47,469 bases of DNA, taken from contig JBEWZL010000018.1 in NCBI GenBank assembly GCA_045837725.1, forward strand, positions 1 through 47,469, read 5' to 3'. The notes beneath the pieces are model-generated. The model saw only the letters and a program-made list of their open reading frames with translations, did no database searches and had not been told where the DNA came from. The stretch comes from Vermamoeba vermiformis. Taxonomy: Eukaryota. Position 1 is the first letter of the stretch; each line of letters begins with the position of its first letter. Made by a program: the position numbers and the translations under genes. Of the stretch, positions 25,267-40,200 are shown in pieces.

Positions 25267-28200
25267 ATGGCGAACGGATCTCAATTTCTGCTGCTTACGC
25301 TCAAAAATTTCAAAATCAAAGGACGTAATGGCTGTGGTACTGCTATTGAAGTAATATTTCCAGCCATTTGCTTGGCTTTCCTAATCGCTATGTTCGTCAT
25401 AGCGGTGCCTACCGAACCGAACTACGATCCGATTCCAATTGGCTTTCAACCGGTCAATTTAACATACGGACCTAATGTCGATTCGGTTCGTAGTATTCTG
25501 CTCGCTGTTGTGTATGGACAAGAAGATCTGCTGCATCCAGTGAACACGGAAGAAGAGATGGAAGAACTGATAGTCGATACAAAGAACAATATTACTGCAG
25601 GTAATTGATTATTAGTTATTTCCTATTAATTTACTTTCGGAACAATATCATTCGATTTTGATCAAAAATTGACGTTGTGAATCTAGGAGTTTTCTTTCGG
25701 TTGACGGAGGATGAGCTGGCCAACGATAAGCTCTCCGATAACGTTACCTATAGTATTCGAATGCAAGCCTATAGCGTGGCTAGACCATCAATTCTATTCG
25801 AATACGCGGCAAATACCGACTCTTCCAAAGCGTTGATGTACTACAGCTTTGTTGCAATCCAAAAGAGTGTGGATCAGGCTGTTATGTCTACAAAAATCCA
25901 AGAAAAGACTGGCACAGCAAGCAACTTAAATCTTCAAGGCTTCGCTACGAGATTTCCCAGACAAGTTCCAGAAACTGAATTGGATGTGCGCTGGCAACTT
26001 CGAAACAGCATTCTGAAGCTTATTGGTGGCACGTGGTTAACATTTTGTTTGCTATTCTCCGTGTATCGCCTCGTTGGCACAATCATCGTCGAGAAAAAGA
26101 CCAAAGTCGTAGATGCAATGCGCATGATGGGCATGCGAGTAAGAAACACTTTGAAATCTCCTAAAGATAGCCACTAATTTATGATACTAGAATGAACTTT
26201 ATTGGGTCACTTGGTTCATCGTCTCGCTAGTTCTTCTCATTCCAATTCTAGTTGCGTGCTCTGTCTTGCTCAAGTACCTCAACTTTTTCCCACTGTCATC
26301 GATTGGTTTAATCTTCATTACTTGGCTATTATACGCCGCGTCACTTATTGCATTTGCAATGATCTTTGCTGCTTCTTTGAACTCGGCTAAGGTAAAATAA
26401 GGGTGCCGTATTTGCTGCAAGTACTAATGTTCGTGCGTATAGAGCTCTGGTCTGATTACTCTGATGGTACTCGTAGTGCTTAGTATTGCAGGAGCAGGCA
26501 TTACAGCCGCAGATATGCACCCAGCGCCTAAAATTGTGCTGTCTGTCTTCAGCCCTGTTGCCTTCAACATCGCGGTCAACATTTTCGCCGAAATCGAAAA
26601 CCTTAAAATGCCAGCAGACGATCACCTATCAGGTAACTATCCTTATAGGCATTATTATCACTTTCACTTATTAATATCAAATTAGAGTACTTTGGTGGTC
26701 GACCGTCGCTTCATTCAATGATCGCCATGCTCGTAGTTGACACGGTACTTTATCTTGTCCTCGCGTGGTACATTGACGGCGTCAAGACAGGTGGTTCCAA
26801 AAGCTCGTGTTTTTGCTGCCGACCTTCGTACTGGGGCAAGCATAAAACTAACGGACAACCTGTGATGGACGAGGAAGAACTTGCTGGTCACCAAGATAAC
26901 GCTGGAGATTTCGAGAAAGTTGATCACTTCAAGCAACCTGTTGTGTCCATTCAAAATTTGCGAAAGAAATTTATGTTCGATGATCAGCCCTTTATCGCCG
27001 TTGACGGTTTTTCGTTGGACATGTACGAAGGCCAGATTCTTGCCTTATTAGGTAATTGTTAGATAATCGCACTAAAAGTCCTTATCCTAATTATATTGAT
27101 AGGTCACAACGGTGCTGGTAAAACTACGTTGATTTCAATGTTGACTGGAAGTTTGGATCCGACATCCGGTGAAGCTGAAATGTATGGCAATAGCCTCACG
27201 AAAGATTTAACTGCCCTGAAGAAGATTATTGGCATTTGTCCGCAATATGACGCTATATGGCCCCAATTGACAGTCTTCGAACACTTGCAATTGTTCGGTG
27301 GTTTCAAAGGTACGAGAAAATTACGTCTTAATTTCTGACACTTTTTTAACTATTGCCATTTTAGGAGTAAAATTTAGCAAAGTTAAAGCTGAAGCGGAAC
27401 AACTCATTCGAGATTTCGAACTTGAAGAAAAACGAGATTACCCTGCTGGAAAATTATCCGGTGGTCAAAAACGAAAGCTGTCAATTGCAATGGCGCTGAT
27501 TGGAGGATCAAAAGTCGTTTTTTTGGACGAACCTTCTGCGGGCATGGATCCTGAAGCTCGACGAGTAGTTTGGGACAATTTAGTCAAACACAAAGAAGGA
27601 CGCGTCATTATTATCACGAGTAAGTCTTAATAGTCACTATTGGAATTAATACGGTCCTAATATATCCTTCATTAGCTCATTTTATGGATGAAGCAGATTA
27701 CCTAGGCGATCGAATTGCCATTATGCGACATGGAAAATTATTGTGCGCTGGATCTTCGTTGTTCTTGAAGAATAGATTTGGTCTTGGTTACACCCTTAAT
27801 TGCGTAAGCAACTGAAATATGAACGATGCTTAATTTTTACATCTTTTAAACACGAAGCGAAATTACTTATTGAAATAATAGTGGTTAATAATTACATGGA
27901 AACTAATGAAATTTCAATAGGTCAAGACACCTACATGCAATATTGATGAGCTAACAGAGTTCTTGAAAAAATACGAGGACGTTCAAATTCTTTCGAATGT
28001 CGGGGCCGAAGCTATTTACAGAATTCCACGGGATGGCTTCCGAAATCTCCCGCGCATGTTAAGTGACATGGAGATTAGCAAAGAATCGCTCGGAGTAATT
28101 TCCTACGGAGTTGGGCAATCTACGCTCGAAGAAGTTTTCTTGGAACTAAATATGGATTCAGATCTGCAAGGAATTTCCGAAGATACGCTCAAAGAAACCG

Positions 28201-30929
28201 TTTTTATTCCAGCTTCTGATTCCTCGAACAAACGACAGCTAAATGCGCTCTTGAACAAACGAAAACAAGTTGCGAAACGAGACGTTAAGTTCTTGTTCAT
28301 TCAGTTCGCAGTGCCTATCATCTTGTGCATTGCTGCCTTTGTCGTGCAACGCTTGATGTTTACCAACACTGTTGGTGGCGAAATTGCCGTGAACGGACAA
28401 GTTTACGGTATGGATCAAGATCTAAAAAAAATTCTTAATTAACTAATTGAATCATTATTAGACGGATTCATCTCACCTTGGGCTAATTCGAATTGTACAA
28501 CCAATTATTTCTCTGCTTTGCCGAACTACACGCCAGAATTGTTCCCGAAAATTTCATTCGATGACGTCACTTCTGTGCTTAGTAACCCCGACACGTACGC
28601 ATCAGGTGCTATTATCAATTATTTCTGTATGTCTGCGGGGCCGACCCAAGTGCTTCAATACGCTCTTTATTACAACGCATCGTTGCCTCACTCTATTGGC
28701 GTTCATCAAAACCTCATCTCAAACGCTGTTCTCAACACAGCACTTAACGGCCTTGGATCCGTAACAATTAACACTATCAACCATCCCGTTGGTAAGTATA
28801 TCATATTACATAACATATTCAATGTATTGATGGTCTATTTAGGCATTCCTATTGATCTACTCACGAACCTCATTAGCGTGTTGATCTTCCTCTTAATTCT
28901 GATTGGTTCGTGCGTACTTTCGGCGTCAATCACCGCGTTTATCTTCCAAGAACGTGAGCTTGGCATTAAGCAATTGCAATTGGCCAGCGGAACTAATGCA
29001 AAGATTTACTGGCTGTCCAACTTCATCTGGGACTTCACGCTGCACATGATCGTTTTCATCGTCATAATCATCGTTACTATTGCTACAGATTATAAGACAT
29101 TTGGAGGAGAAAGAATAGGCGCCGAGGTCATATTGATCATCTTATACAGTTTGTCATCGGTCACTGCTGCTTACTTCTTCACCTTCGTCTTTTCCGGATC
29201 CGGATCTGGCCAGGGTGCCATCTTAGGTCTCTTCCTCGGCCTTAGTTTTGGCTTCTTAACATTCTTCAATGCTGTTTCCGTTGCCGTACCAGGTTCTCAA
29301 GATGCTATGAATGCATTGGGCTATGTTTTTAGAATTATCAGGTACGAGACAAACATTTTTTCACGATACGTTTGACCGACGATATTTTTCAGTCCTCATT
29401 TCCTGCTCATTGCTTCCTTCGGCCAATTGACAAACAGTATCGGCGCCACTACGAAAAATATCGTTACCGAAAACACGGACATTTTTGGAATGTAAGTTTT
29501 TGTTCGGAAATGTCACGCTTATCAGTTTCACTAAATGTTTAATCTAGTAACTATTGGGGCACATCGTTCATCATATTCGGTGGCCAATTCTTGCTTTATG
29601 GATTTTTAACATTATTACTGGAAAATATGCATCAATTCCGCTTGAAACAAAAACGATCTGCAAATCACCACGGCGAACATTCAGTCGATGAAGAAGACGA
29701 TGATGTCATGCGAGAACGAGATCTCGTACAAAATGCAAACCCGAACGATGTTGAGAACAATCTTGTATGGGTCAGTGGGCTGCGAAAAGAATTCAACGGC
29801 AAATCCAAGATCCGCAAAGTAGCGGTCAACAATTTTTCTCTACGCATCCCTCGTGGAGAAAGTTTTGGGTTATTGGGTGCCAACGGAGCAGGTAAATAAT
29901 AATACAATCATATATTTTAATATCCGGATTGACAAACATTTCCTTTTTAGGCAAAACTACTACTTTAAAAATGTTGTCAGGACAATTGTTGCCAACATTG
30001 GGTGAAGTCAGAATCAACGGAAACACGTATGAAAATCTCGATCAGATTTTACAGTCAATTGGATGCTGTCCACAATATGACTCTGTCATTCCTAAGTTGA
30101 GCGGAAGAGCACATCTAGAACTTTTCGCCGAACTTAGAGGTACGCCTATTCAATTCAAATATGACGTACTTATATATGGTATAGGACTTCCCAAGCACAA
30201 GATTCCTGCTATTGTCGATGCGTTGATTGAAACCATCCATTTGACCAAATACGCAGATCGACCTTGCGGAAAATACAGCGGCGGTAACAGACGAAAACTG
30301 TCTTTAGCTCTTGCATTAATAGGTAGGATATATCGCTTAATATTGATTACATAACCTAATATGCATATTAGGCAACCCTCCTGTTCTTTACTTGGATGAA
30401 CCTTCAACCGGAATGGATCCGTTGGCGCGAAGATTTATGTGGAATTTGATTATGGCAGTGCGATCCAATAAGGCTATTATATTGACTACGCATAGTATGG
30501 AAGAATGCGAGGCCTTGTGTACTCGTTTGGGCATTATGATTGGAGTAAGTTAAAAAAACTGAAATTTCGTTGAACTGACCAATCATATCGCAGGGAAAAT
30601 TACGTTGCGTAGGCAGTCCTCAGCACTTGAAGACTAAATTCGGAGATGGATATCGCTTGGAACTGAAGACGGATCTGCAACACGTCTATCAGATCCCTTC
30701 ATTTATTCAAAAGATTTCTCCGGAGGCCAAACTTGTCGATCAACATACAACGCTATTTAATTATGAAATTCCGATGCAGAACTTAACATTAGGACAATTA
30801 TTCGAACAAGTCGAGAACGCGAAGGAGAATTTACATATTGGCGATTACGCGGTCAGTCAAACTACACTAGAACAGATATTTATTACTATGGCGCAAGAAT
30901 ACATTAGGCCACGCGTAGTAGTGGACTAA
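25267..30929 (+). CDS. ABCA-subfamily full ABC transporter, multi-exon
   Basis: Two NBDs ([30 protein letters not shown] and [30 protein letters not shown]), two TM domains, STLEEVF and TTLEQIF motifs. Confidence 0.95.
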
Positions 30930-30998
30930 AATATAATGTAAAAATTCATGTAAAAACCTCGATCTTGACTAGTGCTAGTCATGACCACTTGCCGGCCA

Positions 30999-32056
30999 TT
31001 AATAGGAGTAGGGCAAGAGGACGCGATCGATAGTGTGCAAGACACCATTAATTGCAAGGTTATCAACAGTTAAAATGTTAGCGTCGTTCACAGTGACGGA
31101 TGCAGCACCAGGGAATTGAAGTCGTCTGAAAGTTACAGGAGGAATGTTATTGTTGTTAGCGTTAACAGGAGATGCTTGCAATCCATCGTAAAGGCTCGTT
31201 GAGTACACTGGTTTACTGTTCATGAACAAATATTAGTGACTGAAAAGAAATTTCCTGGATGTACTTACCCAGCGAGCACGTGGTACAAGAGAACGTTCTT
31301 TAGAATAGCTGGATCGGCGCTACCGATAGAAGCCAAAATTGGGTCGGTAAAGGCATCGTTGGTCGGAGCAAAAAGGGTGTATTGTGCGTTAGTACTTTGC
31401 AACACTTGATCCAAACCGGTCCTATCCAACAGCGACTTCAGAATTGAGAGTTGAGGGTTCTGAGAGACAATAGCGTAGAGGTTATCAACGGACGGTTGGA
31501 AGAATCTGAGGTCGTTGAGCAAAACTTTGTCGATCGCGTGCAAGACTCCGTTGGATGCTGCAACGTTGGCCTTAATAACTCGTGCGTTGTTCAAGGAAAT
31601 AGCTAAAGGACTGAAGTTCATGAACGGACTGCTCACTTCAAGGTTGATAGCGCTGCCTTGAGTCGTGATCAGAGTGTTGTTATTGTAGTTAGCAAGGGCG
31701 GATGAATGTAAATCTCCAGAGACGACCTAACGTTCAAATTAATATTAATGACAATTTTAATCAATATTAATATTACGTACGTGGTATTCAAGAACGCTGC
31801 TCAGCAGATTCCCATTGGCTGGATCGAGCAGGTACTTCAACGTAGCGGCAGGCACAGCATTGAATGCAGTATTGTTAGGAGCAAAGACAGTGAACAAAAC
31901 ATTTCCGTTCAAAGTCTGGTCCAAACCAGTAGCTTGAAGCAGCTTATAAAGCGTAGAAAAGTTCGGATCGGACTTGATCACTTGCGTCAGCGTCATGAAC
32001 TGAGCAGCGCTGACTGAGATTACAGCCAACAAAAGAATGGAAGTAATAAGACGCAT
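30999..32056 (-). CDS. Secreted fasciclin protein with two FAS1 domains, three exons
   Basis: Signal peptide; FTVFAPNNTAF..LEYHV..NGVLHAIDKVL; YTLFAPTNDAF..LLYHV..NGVLHTIDRVL. Confidence 0.92.
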
Positions 32057-32839
32057 TGTGTGCAGCGTATTGTACGTTGTGAACTGAAATGGCGGAAGTC
32101 TGGCATTTTAAGGTTTTTCGATTCTAATTCTAAATTTGGAAATTGCGCACTATCGCATGATATCAGGGCACATGGTAAAGCGCTTTCTTACGCCTATGAA
32201 GCGTTTTAGATACGCATGCTGATAATGTTAAACAGGGGTTACGACGTCGGTTACTATACCACGGATGTGGTAATTGTTTATGCCTAAAGAATCAGTTCGG
32301 TTCAAATAAAATTGGCTTTCAACAGAGGCCTGATCTTTGTTGCATTTCCTCGGCCTTAATTTTGCAAGATCTCCTCTTGGGGCTGCTTTCGAGCTCAATT
32401 TCAGACCCAGCCTACCTCGGAAATTCCTTCGGACATTTACACTGTTTTTTCCGACCCTCCCAATTTTAGTGATAAATCACCAAATAAGCAAAAAGATAGC
32501 GATACGACTGCTGTGGTCACGCTGCCAGGAATAGTCCAACGAACAGTTGTGCTTCTGTTCCGAAAATGCAGACCAAAAGAGTTTCAGTACTAGTATCAAA
32601 GTGATCCTGTGTTTGATACACGTTTAGGGCAGATTTAATTCGAGGCGCGATCTAATCACGATATCGCTGTCATGGACTTTTGATTCATGGGTTTTCAGGT
32701 GTATCATGAGCTAAGGTGCGAGTCGGTGTCTATACCAAGTGAGTGGCGTAACTCGCTGAAGATGAAGTATCCGCTCAATCTCGAATCTTCCAAGAAGATT
32801 ACGTATTGCGTTATAAAGCACAAGAATTATTTATCAGTG

Positions 32840-33927
32840 CTACACAGCAAGTACAACCATCAACAGCACGATGCTCAATTCAATGACAACAGCACCACTC
32901 GTCTTGCCAATTGGAGCTTTGACGGGGACAGCAACAGGAGGTGCGGGACACGTGACAGTTGAATTGCACGTGGCGGTCAAACCAAACTTGTCAAATTTGA
33001 ACGCGACAATCACATTGTTTTGATCTTTGATCTCGGTTGGATGCGCAGTCACAGTGCCACATTGCGGATTATTCACCGTGTACAACGTGTCAGTGGGAAT
33101 TGTAGTGCAATCGTCGAGTTGAATGTCTTTGCACGTCACATTGATGGCCGTTGTGAGGCACGACGAGTATATGAAGCCCTCGTTAACGGAGGTCCCAAGG
33201 TCAAACCAGGCACAATCAGCTCGCGTTGGTCATTGATGGCGACATTGAGGCCAAAGAAAACTTGCTCAGTAGCGTTCAATTGGTAGCTCTGTTGCCACAC
33301 GCCCGTGTCATTGCGTGTAATGACAACGACTTTGCCAGCTGGCCCGGATGCGTCCTTTGGTACGGTTCCGGAGTTATCCGCTGGTGCACTGACGACAAGA
33401 GTGTTCGCGTCAATGAACTTTCCTGTTTGTCCCATCAGTGCTAAGGTGCGCAAGCCAAGTGCTGCAGCCGTGATTTGCTGTCCTGTGGTCCACACGCCAT
33501 TCACTTTTTGATAAAATTTCAGGTAGCCGTAGATCTCTTGGAAATTTAGGTCCGCCAAAGAAGTCAGCACCATCGTATCGACACCGTTGTATAATGCTAT
33601 TTGATAGGTGGCCGTATCGGCTTCAATAGTCTCGATCAACTTAAATGTGGGCCCAGACGCCACAAACTCGAAAATATTGACGCTGGACGCGTTGTAAGTG
33701 ATCACAAATTTGCCGTCTTGCGTCACTTGGTCGATCGGCGCGACTATGTGATCGCCGAGATCAAAGTCTGCCACAAATGTCCATGCAGTGCCATTATAAG
33801 AATAGATGCCTAAATAGCCAGGTCGTTCACCAACGAAAACATTTCCAGGAAAAAAGGAGGTTTTGTCGTAGTCTGGGCCTTCAATCGTTTGATTCAATGT
33901 TGGTACGTTGTTTTCGAGCTTGTATAT
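32840..33927 (-). pseudogene. 3' remnant of a surface protein gene (beta-propeller-like region, Cys-rich stalk, hydrophobic C-terminus)
   Basis: Frame runs back to IYKLENNVPTLNQ at 33927 with no ATG; frameshift near 33190; ends SGAVVIELSIVLLMVVLAV. Confidence 0.65.
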
Positions 33928-34204
33928 CCCTTAAAATTCCGCATCCGGAAAATGCAGACTTTCGTTCGAGAGAGTGCGCATCGAGATTGTATGCTAAAAA
34001 AAAAGTAATAAATAATTGAAGTTAGTTTTGGTTGAAGTACTTGTTGGGCTAAAACTTGCCTACGAGCAACGATCTGGATGAAGGATCGCTCGATCTCTGC
34101 ACGGTAGCATTTTCTGTCAAGGTTTCAACACGTACAACCAATTATACATAACAATAATGTTAGAGGTAATACTATTTCCAATTTGACACGGAACTAGCCG
34201 TTTT

Positions 34205-37200
34205 ATGTCACCAACAAAAAGTTTTGCAACGGTTTTTTGTCATTTACCTTCGCCGATGGCAGAACGGAGACCACACGTGGGCGTATCTTCTTCCCTGGAG
34301 CATGGGCTAGTTGATGGCTGCGGCCGAAATGTGCCTACTGCGAACCAGATTAGATGCGCTGTTCCGTCGAAGTTCCGCTTAAAGCAGGAGGTCGGGAGAT
34401 TAATTCCCGTTTTATTCGAGCCAAATCCTACTAGTGGAAGCGAGCAAATGCAAGATCTGCATGTGAGGTAAAAGTTTTGAATTATTAAATTTTATTTTAA
34501 TTTTAGAAATTTATTGTTTCGATCGTTACTGTATTATTGGTAACGAATTATCAATTATAGATTTTAATAAGTAAATATATTGCCGGATAAAATTGGTATA
34601 ATTTATAACGGCTAGTTTTAGTCAGATGGCGGAGCTGATCCAGTCCAACATGACATCGCCACTTCCTCTTAGTGAAATCGAGCCTATAATTAAGGGGACG
34701 CTAAGAACAAATTATCGCAACAGATACTCGCAGCACACAAACAAATGCAGCCTGATTGTTAAAAGTAAGTCGATGCGCGTAACTGCAACCGTTCGTAACA
34801 TACTAATAGAATACTGATAGCGCAAAATTGTATTCAGCCAAGCCACGTTGAAATGCATGCTGCTGACTTCGATGAGGAGATTTGCGACAATTCACAAATA
34901 CAAGACAGCGTTACACTTTGCTGTGCGCGAGCAGCTGGCAACTATAACTACGCCTCATTCTCTGCGTTGCAACAACACTTAGCCGAGAGCAACTGGTCTA
35001 TTCAATTGAGCGAGTAAGTAATAAGGTGAAGGACAACGCGACTGTACCGATGTTAATTAATTCTGTAGGGTGGGCTGCGAGCAACACCTCGGGGTTACAG
35101 TCGAGTTGCTGTACAACTTCTTACCCAACGATCTTTACGCCAAATTCAAGGCTTCGCTCATGGACGACGTGATTCTTGTGTCGGAGTTGAGGAAAGAGAA
35201 TCGTGGAGCCATGTCAAGGACAAAAAGACTGTATGCAGTTTACGGTCAAGCCCAAACTGGAATAATGTACAGGTACAACACCGTTGCAATCTAGTATTTG
35301 TATTAATTGTACTGTTAGTAATTTTGCTTGGACTGCTTGCGATAGTGTTCCCGAGTGTCTTGGCATTTTATTTCATTGCCTTCACTCCCTTGGATACAAC
35401 GTTACCGAGAGAACTTGTGTAATGCTATCATTGTATCCCCCGTCCACGGTCGAGGATATTGCCGAGGCATTAAAATCTGACAGACTGAACTACATAGCGA
35501 TGGGCTTGCATAGAGATGGTAGGCTCCGTCATTTTTTGTTTTCGATACTTATTCTAGTACAGATGACGTTTATTTGGGACCGCTTTCCGGTATTCAAGTT
35601 TTGACACTATCTGGCTTTCTCGATCCCTATGATTTGATGGCAACCCCCTGTCCTGTAGGCTGGCAATTTGCAATGCAAAATGGAGCAGGTACGTGGTAGC
35701 AGCTGGCTGCTGTCGCCGTGTTTGTTGACAACACATCCTAGGCGACAAGACCCACATCAATTTGCGGGACAACATGCTGCTGGTTCAGCCGAAGGGCATG
35801 CAGGCGTTGTTGAAGCACCGCGTAATCGGAGTACACTCTCCTTTTGTTCGATGGGTTGCAACAGTCCGCGACGTTGACATTAATTTGTTTAAGCGCAGTT
35901 GCATCGGTAAAGGTAAGCGCAATGCTGAACTTAAATACCCACAGCACATCTAACATGTTACAGAGATTAACGCCGATTCGGGATGGTCCTTGCGACAATG
36001 GACTGAAGGTGAGCGGAAACAAAAATGGCTTCGCACTCTCCGTCCTCATACTCACACGAGTTTAAGAAACGAGCGCAAGTTATCTATTCTATCAATGGTG
36101 TACCCAGATGATACGCAAGCCCTGCGAAAGGCTTTACATTACAATCCCAACGTTGTATTCTGTGCTTCTTGTGATTGCTTTTGCCACGAGCAACAGCATA
36201 ACTGCCTGGCTTCTAATACTATTGTATTTGGAAAACGGCAACTAGAAGTTGGGAAGACATACTCAAAACAGCAGTTGATTGATGTAGAATTTCACGGCGC
36301 TCCCTCTCTAGACGCGGCTTTTGTGGGAGACGTAATTTTAGGTAGTTAATCTGTTTATTTTTGACTTGTACTAAGCTTCCCTCCAAAGGCTGCTCGTCTA
36401 TTGTTTTGACGAACAAGTTCGCTGGAAACGATTACTCAAAATGGCGGGATGGGACCATAGTTGTCGCAGGAGCACACAAGCACACTCTATCGGTGCTGAA
36501 ATCGGCCTTTTCCGCTAGAAACAACAAAGTCCTCGCGAGTTTGGTCCGTAAGTCACCAATTGAAGTGGTGGTGGAAGAAGAAAACGGCAGCTTTGTTTAC
36601 ACTGGTATGCGCGATGTTTGGTTTAGACTACTTACTAACCAGTTGTAGGCACGTGGTTTGTCCGACAAATGAGAGTTGATACAGACAATATCACCGACTC
36701 CGAAATTCTTGTATTGTTTGATTTGGAATCGGAGAAGCAATTTTACAATTCGCGAACTAAATTACTTGCCTCGGACCAAAATTTGAGTATGTACAATTTG
36801 TCCTGTAACAAGTCGCTAACAAAACAAGTAGACTACTGGTCGCTGGCCTATTGCAATGCAATTGCGAGTTTTACTTACAACGAAGAGGAAGAAGAATTGA
36901 CACAACATGGTCGCGAAAATCTGAAGCGAATAACTTGTGGGGCCAATGCTACAGAGGATGAATTATTGTCGTATTTATTCGATTGTACTAGTTCACTGTG
37001 TACGTTTTTTAATATTGACGCTGTCAGAGCCCCTATTAACGTGGATCAAGTGATCCAGATTTTGAACCAACTTTTTCGGTTGGGAAATTAAGACAATTTT
37101 CGAAACGATTTCTTTCAAGTTTGGTTTTAACTGTTAATAAATTAGTCGGACTAGCAGTGAAACACTAGTACCACAGCGCAAGAACTGTCCAAAAGGGAAA

Positions 37201-40200
37201 TTTATTGATGGCATCAATTCGAAGCAAGGGTAATTATTCTGCACTCCTGCGTTTGAAGACTAATTTCTAAACGTCGGCGCTAATTACTTGCACAATAGAT
37301 CTGTCCGCTTTTGGGTTGTACGAAACGCATTTACGGACTTTGGAGGCGGAATCGAGCTTAAATAGATCCCTGTCGGCATACGATTTATACCTATCTTGCG
37401 TGGCTTATCATGGGGTTGGATTTCTATCGTTCGACCAATTCTCCGATCTGCTTCGCCAAAATTTTCAGTAAGTTAAATTTAATCAGGGTCAACAATTAAT
37501 TTCAATTGATAGTGAATACGAAAGGTGCCGAGACACGTATAGGCTGCACTTTTGCGGTGTAAGTTAAGTTTTTACAAACGGTGTAGATCTAAACAAAAAA
37601 CAGGAGGAAATTCGCTGTGGTGTCCAAAATCCCAGTAAGACAACGTGCTACTTGAATGTGTTATTGATTTTATTTTGGAAATTAAAATCGATACACGTCT
37701 ATTTGTCTTACACCTCCTTCTTGCCCGCCTCTGTATTGGATGTGTTCACCCAGCTCGACAGCCAACCTTGGAATGGAGCTTCCGCAGGCAGCTTGCAGAG
37801 ACAACTTGCTGATATTGGCCGGTGGCAAGCCGGACATAGAGACGCACACGAGGTGCTAACTGAACTGCGGTCCCTAGTTCCTGCACTGTCCAACGGTTTT
37901 GGATTTTCTGTTGTGTCGCACATCACACATCGTGGAAAAATAGTCTCAGAACCACGCCACAACGAAGCCCAAGAGATTATTTTGCCCGTACATCAAAGCA
38001 TACAGCAGGCGCTGGTGTGCTTTTTCGAAGAAGAAGTGGAGTTCAGAGTTAAGCAAAGTAACAAAGTAAGAGCGACTTCCAGTTAAAATTTGGTACTAAC
38101 TCTCTTCTAACAATTATTGCAGAGGTGCAAAATGCAACGCATTATGGAATCGTATCCCGATATTTTATTTGTCGTGCTACAGCGTTTCGATGTGACAAAT
38201 GCAAAAGATAACAGCCCCATGGCAATAGATCGAATGTTGGATGTGTCTGGAACCTGCTACATTCTTTTTGCTGTCATACTTCACAGCGGTACTGCGGGAT
38301 CTGGTCATTATAAAATACTTGTCAACGAAGAACTGAAAATGAATTGGGTCCTTTATAATGACGAGCAAGCAGCTACGGTGAGTTATTGTATATTTTGAAC
38401 GTCATTATTAATAACTAACGACAAATTAGGTCAACAGCGACGAAGCGTTAGATCAGATTTCGCAAGGCTACGAAAGTGCTTACTTGGTTTTTTATGTTAA
38501 GCAGGCCAGGGCTGGCAGTGTACTGACTGCCAGTAATAAAAGAAGTTGCCGATCACATCGCAAAAGAAAACAGCCAGAGGATGGCTGGGATGAAGACTGG
38601 CAACGTGTCGGTAGTCCAAGTACGAAGATAAACTTGAAAAAAACTTGCAGTCTGTAATTAACAATTCTATAGAGAGAAGGAAAGTTGACGAATCCTCGCA
38701 GAGTAGTTTTGAACTACAAGAGACGGCGGAAAGTGACTTGCAAGAAAGCGACTTGGAAGACGCAGAAGAATCTGTCCAACTTGACAATGTTGTAGCTTCT
38801 GATTTCGATAACCCGTCTGTTGAAGAAATGGATAAAGCAACATTGCTCAATTCGGATGTCAAAATTGACAAGCCGAAGTTTAGGCAGGTCTTTAGATTTC
38901 GCGTCGTCGATGCAAGTATCTTAATTCTATAAAACCGAAGCTAATTCGAGCGCAGGACGCATATGAGTGGTTAATCCATTGGACCTTCAAAAAGGCATTG
39001 TATTTGAATTGGGTCAAAGAGCGGCAGTTTTCTATTACACTCCGAAAAATGCTACGCAAATTTCAGCTATCCAACGCAGACGAACCGTTCGGTTGGACTG
39101 ATCAGTCAAAACAAATTGAACCTCCGAAAACTATTGACTATGAATTTGACGAATCGGCTTGCGGTCCTGTTTCACCTCCTAACGATACATCGCCGCGATC
39201 TTTGTTTGAGCTATTCTTTCCTCGTATGTTTGATTTTGCCTTTTCAACTCAGTAGCTAACGAGGTCTCGTTTAGCTGAACTCCAACAACAAGTTGTCGAT
39301 GAAATCAACAGATTTGCTGTTCTAGATTTTGACACCAAGCAGAAAGAGCGGATAGATATTCGAAACAAGAGAATTGCTCGCTTCAAATCTTGGGCAAAAG
39401 AAAAAGAAGTTGAATACCCGGATTTAGTGCGCAACGACAGCTGGAAAACAAATTTAAAAGAGCTTGACGAATCAATGTCGTTTACCTATAATTTTACCAA
39501 AAACGATCGAGAAGTGCACGATTCATTGCGGCAAAATTGGGAAGATATCACACTGGCAGAATTTCAGACGTTTATTGGAATAGTCATTGCAATTCGTTGC
39601 ATAGCAAGCAAGAGATTTGAGGATTATTTTAATGAAAAAGATCCAAAATACGGCAACGAATGGATTGCGATGCATATCTCTCGGGCTCGCTTTCGTCAAA
39701 TACTAAATAACTTTCATTACGATGTTGATTTGGTGCTTGCTAAAGTTGCGGAACTCTGTCGAGACCACTGGAATCCACATCAACGGGTTGCTTTTGATGA
39801 GACAATAATGCCGTTTTTGGGAATGTTCTACGGTTTGGTATGAATTAACTAATAATTTACATTTTACTAAACGAAACAGAAACACATTCCAACAAAGCCA
39901 CACCCAAACGGAGTACTGTTACACATGCTCGCCGACTCTAAGTATTTCATTTGGGACTTCGACTTCTTTCTTGGCTTAATTCTTCCACCAAAGTGAGATC
40001 TGCACACTTTAGCAATAACGCATTGTTAACGCGTTGATAGGTATCAAATTATTGAAGTTGTTAAAAAACTGCAGCAAAAGCAAAGGCACCACGTTATTAC
40101 TACCGACTCAAAATGGGGCTCGGAGGAACTGGCTAGAGTGTTAGGTAACTTCTATCAACTCGCGCTGCTTTTTACCTCCTTTGTTTAGATGAACGACAAT

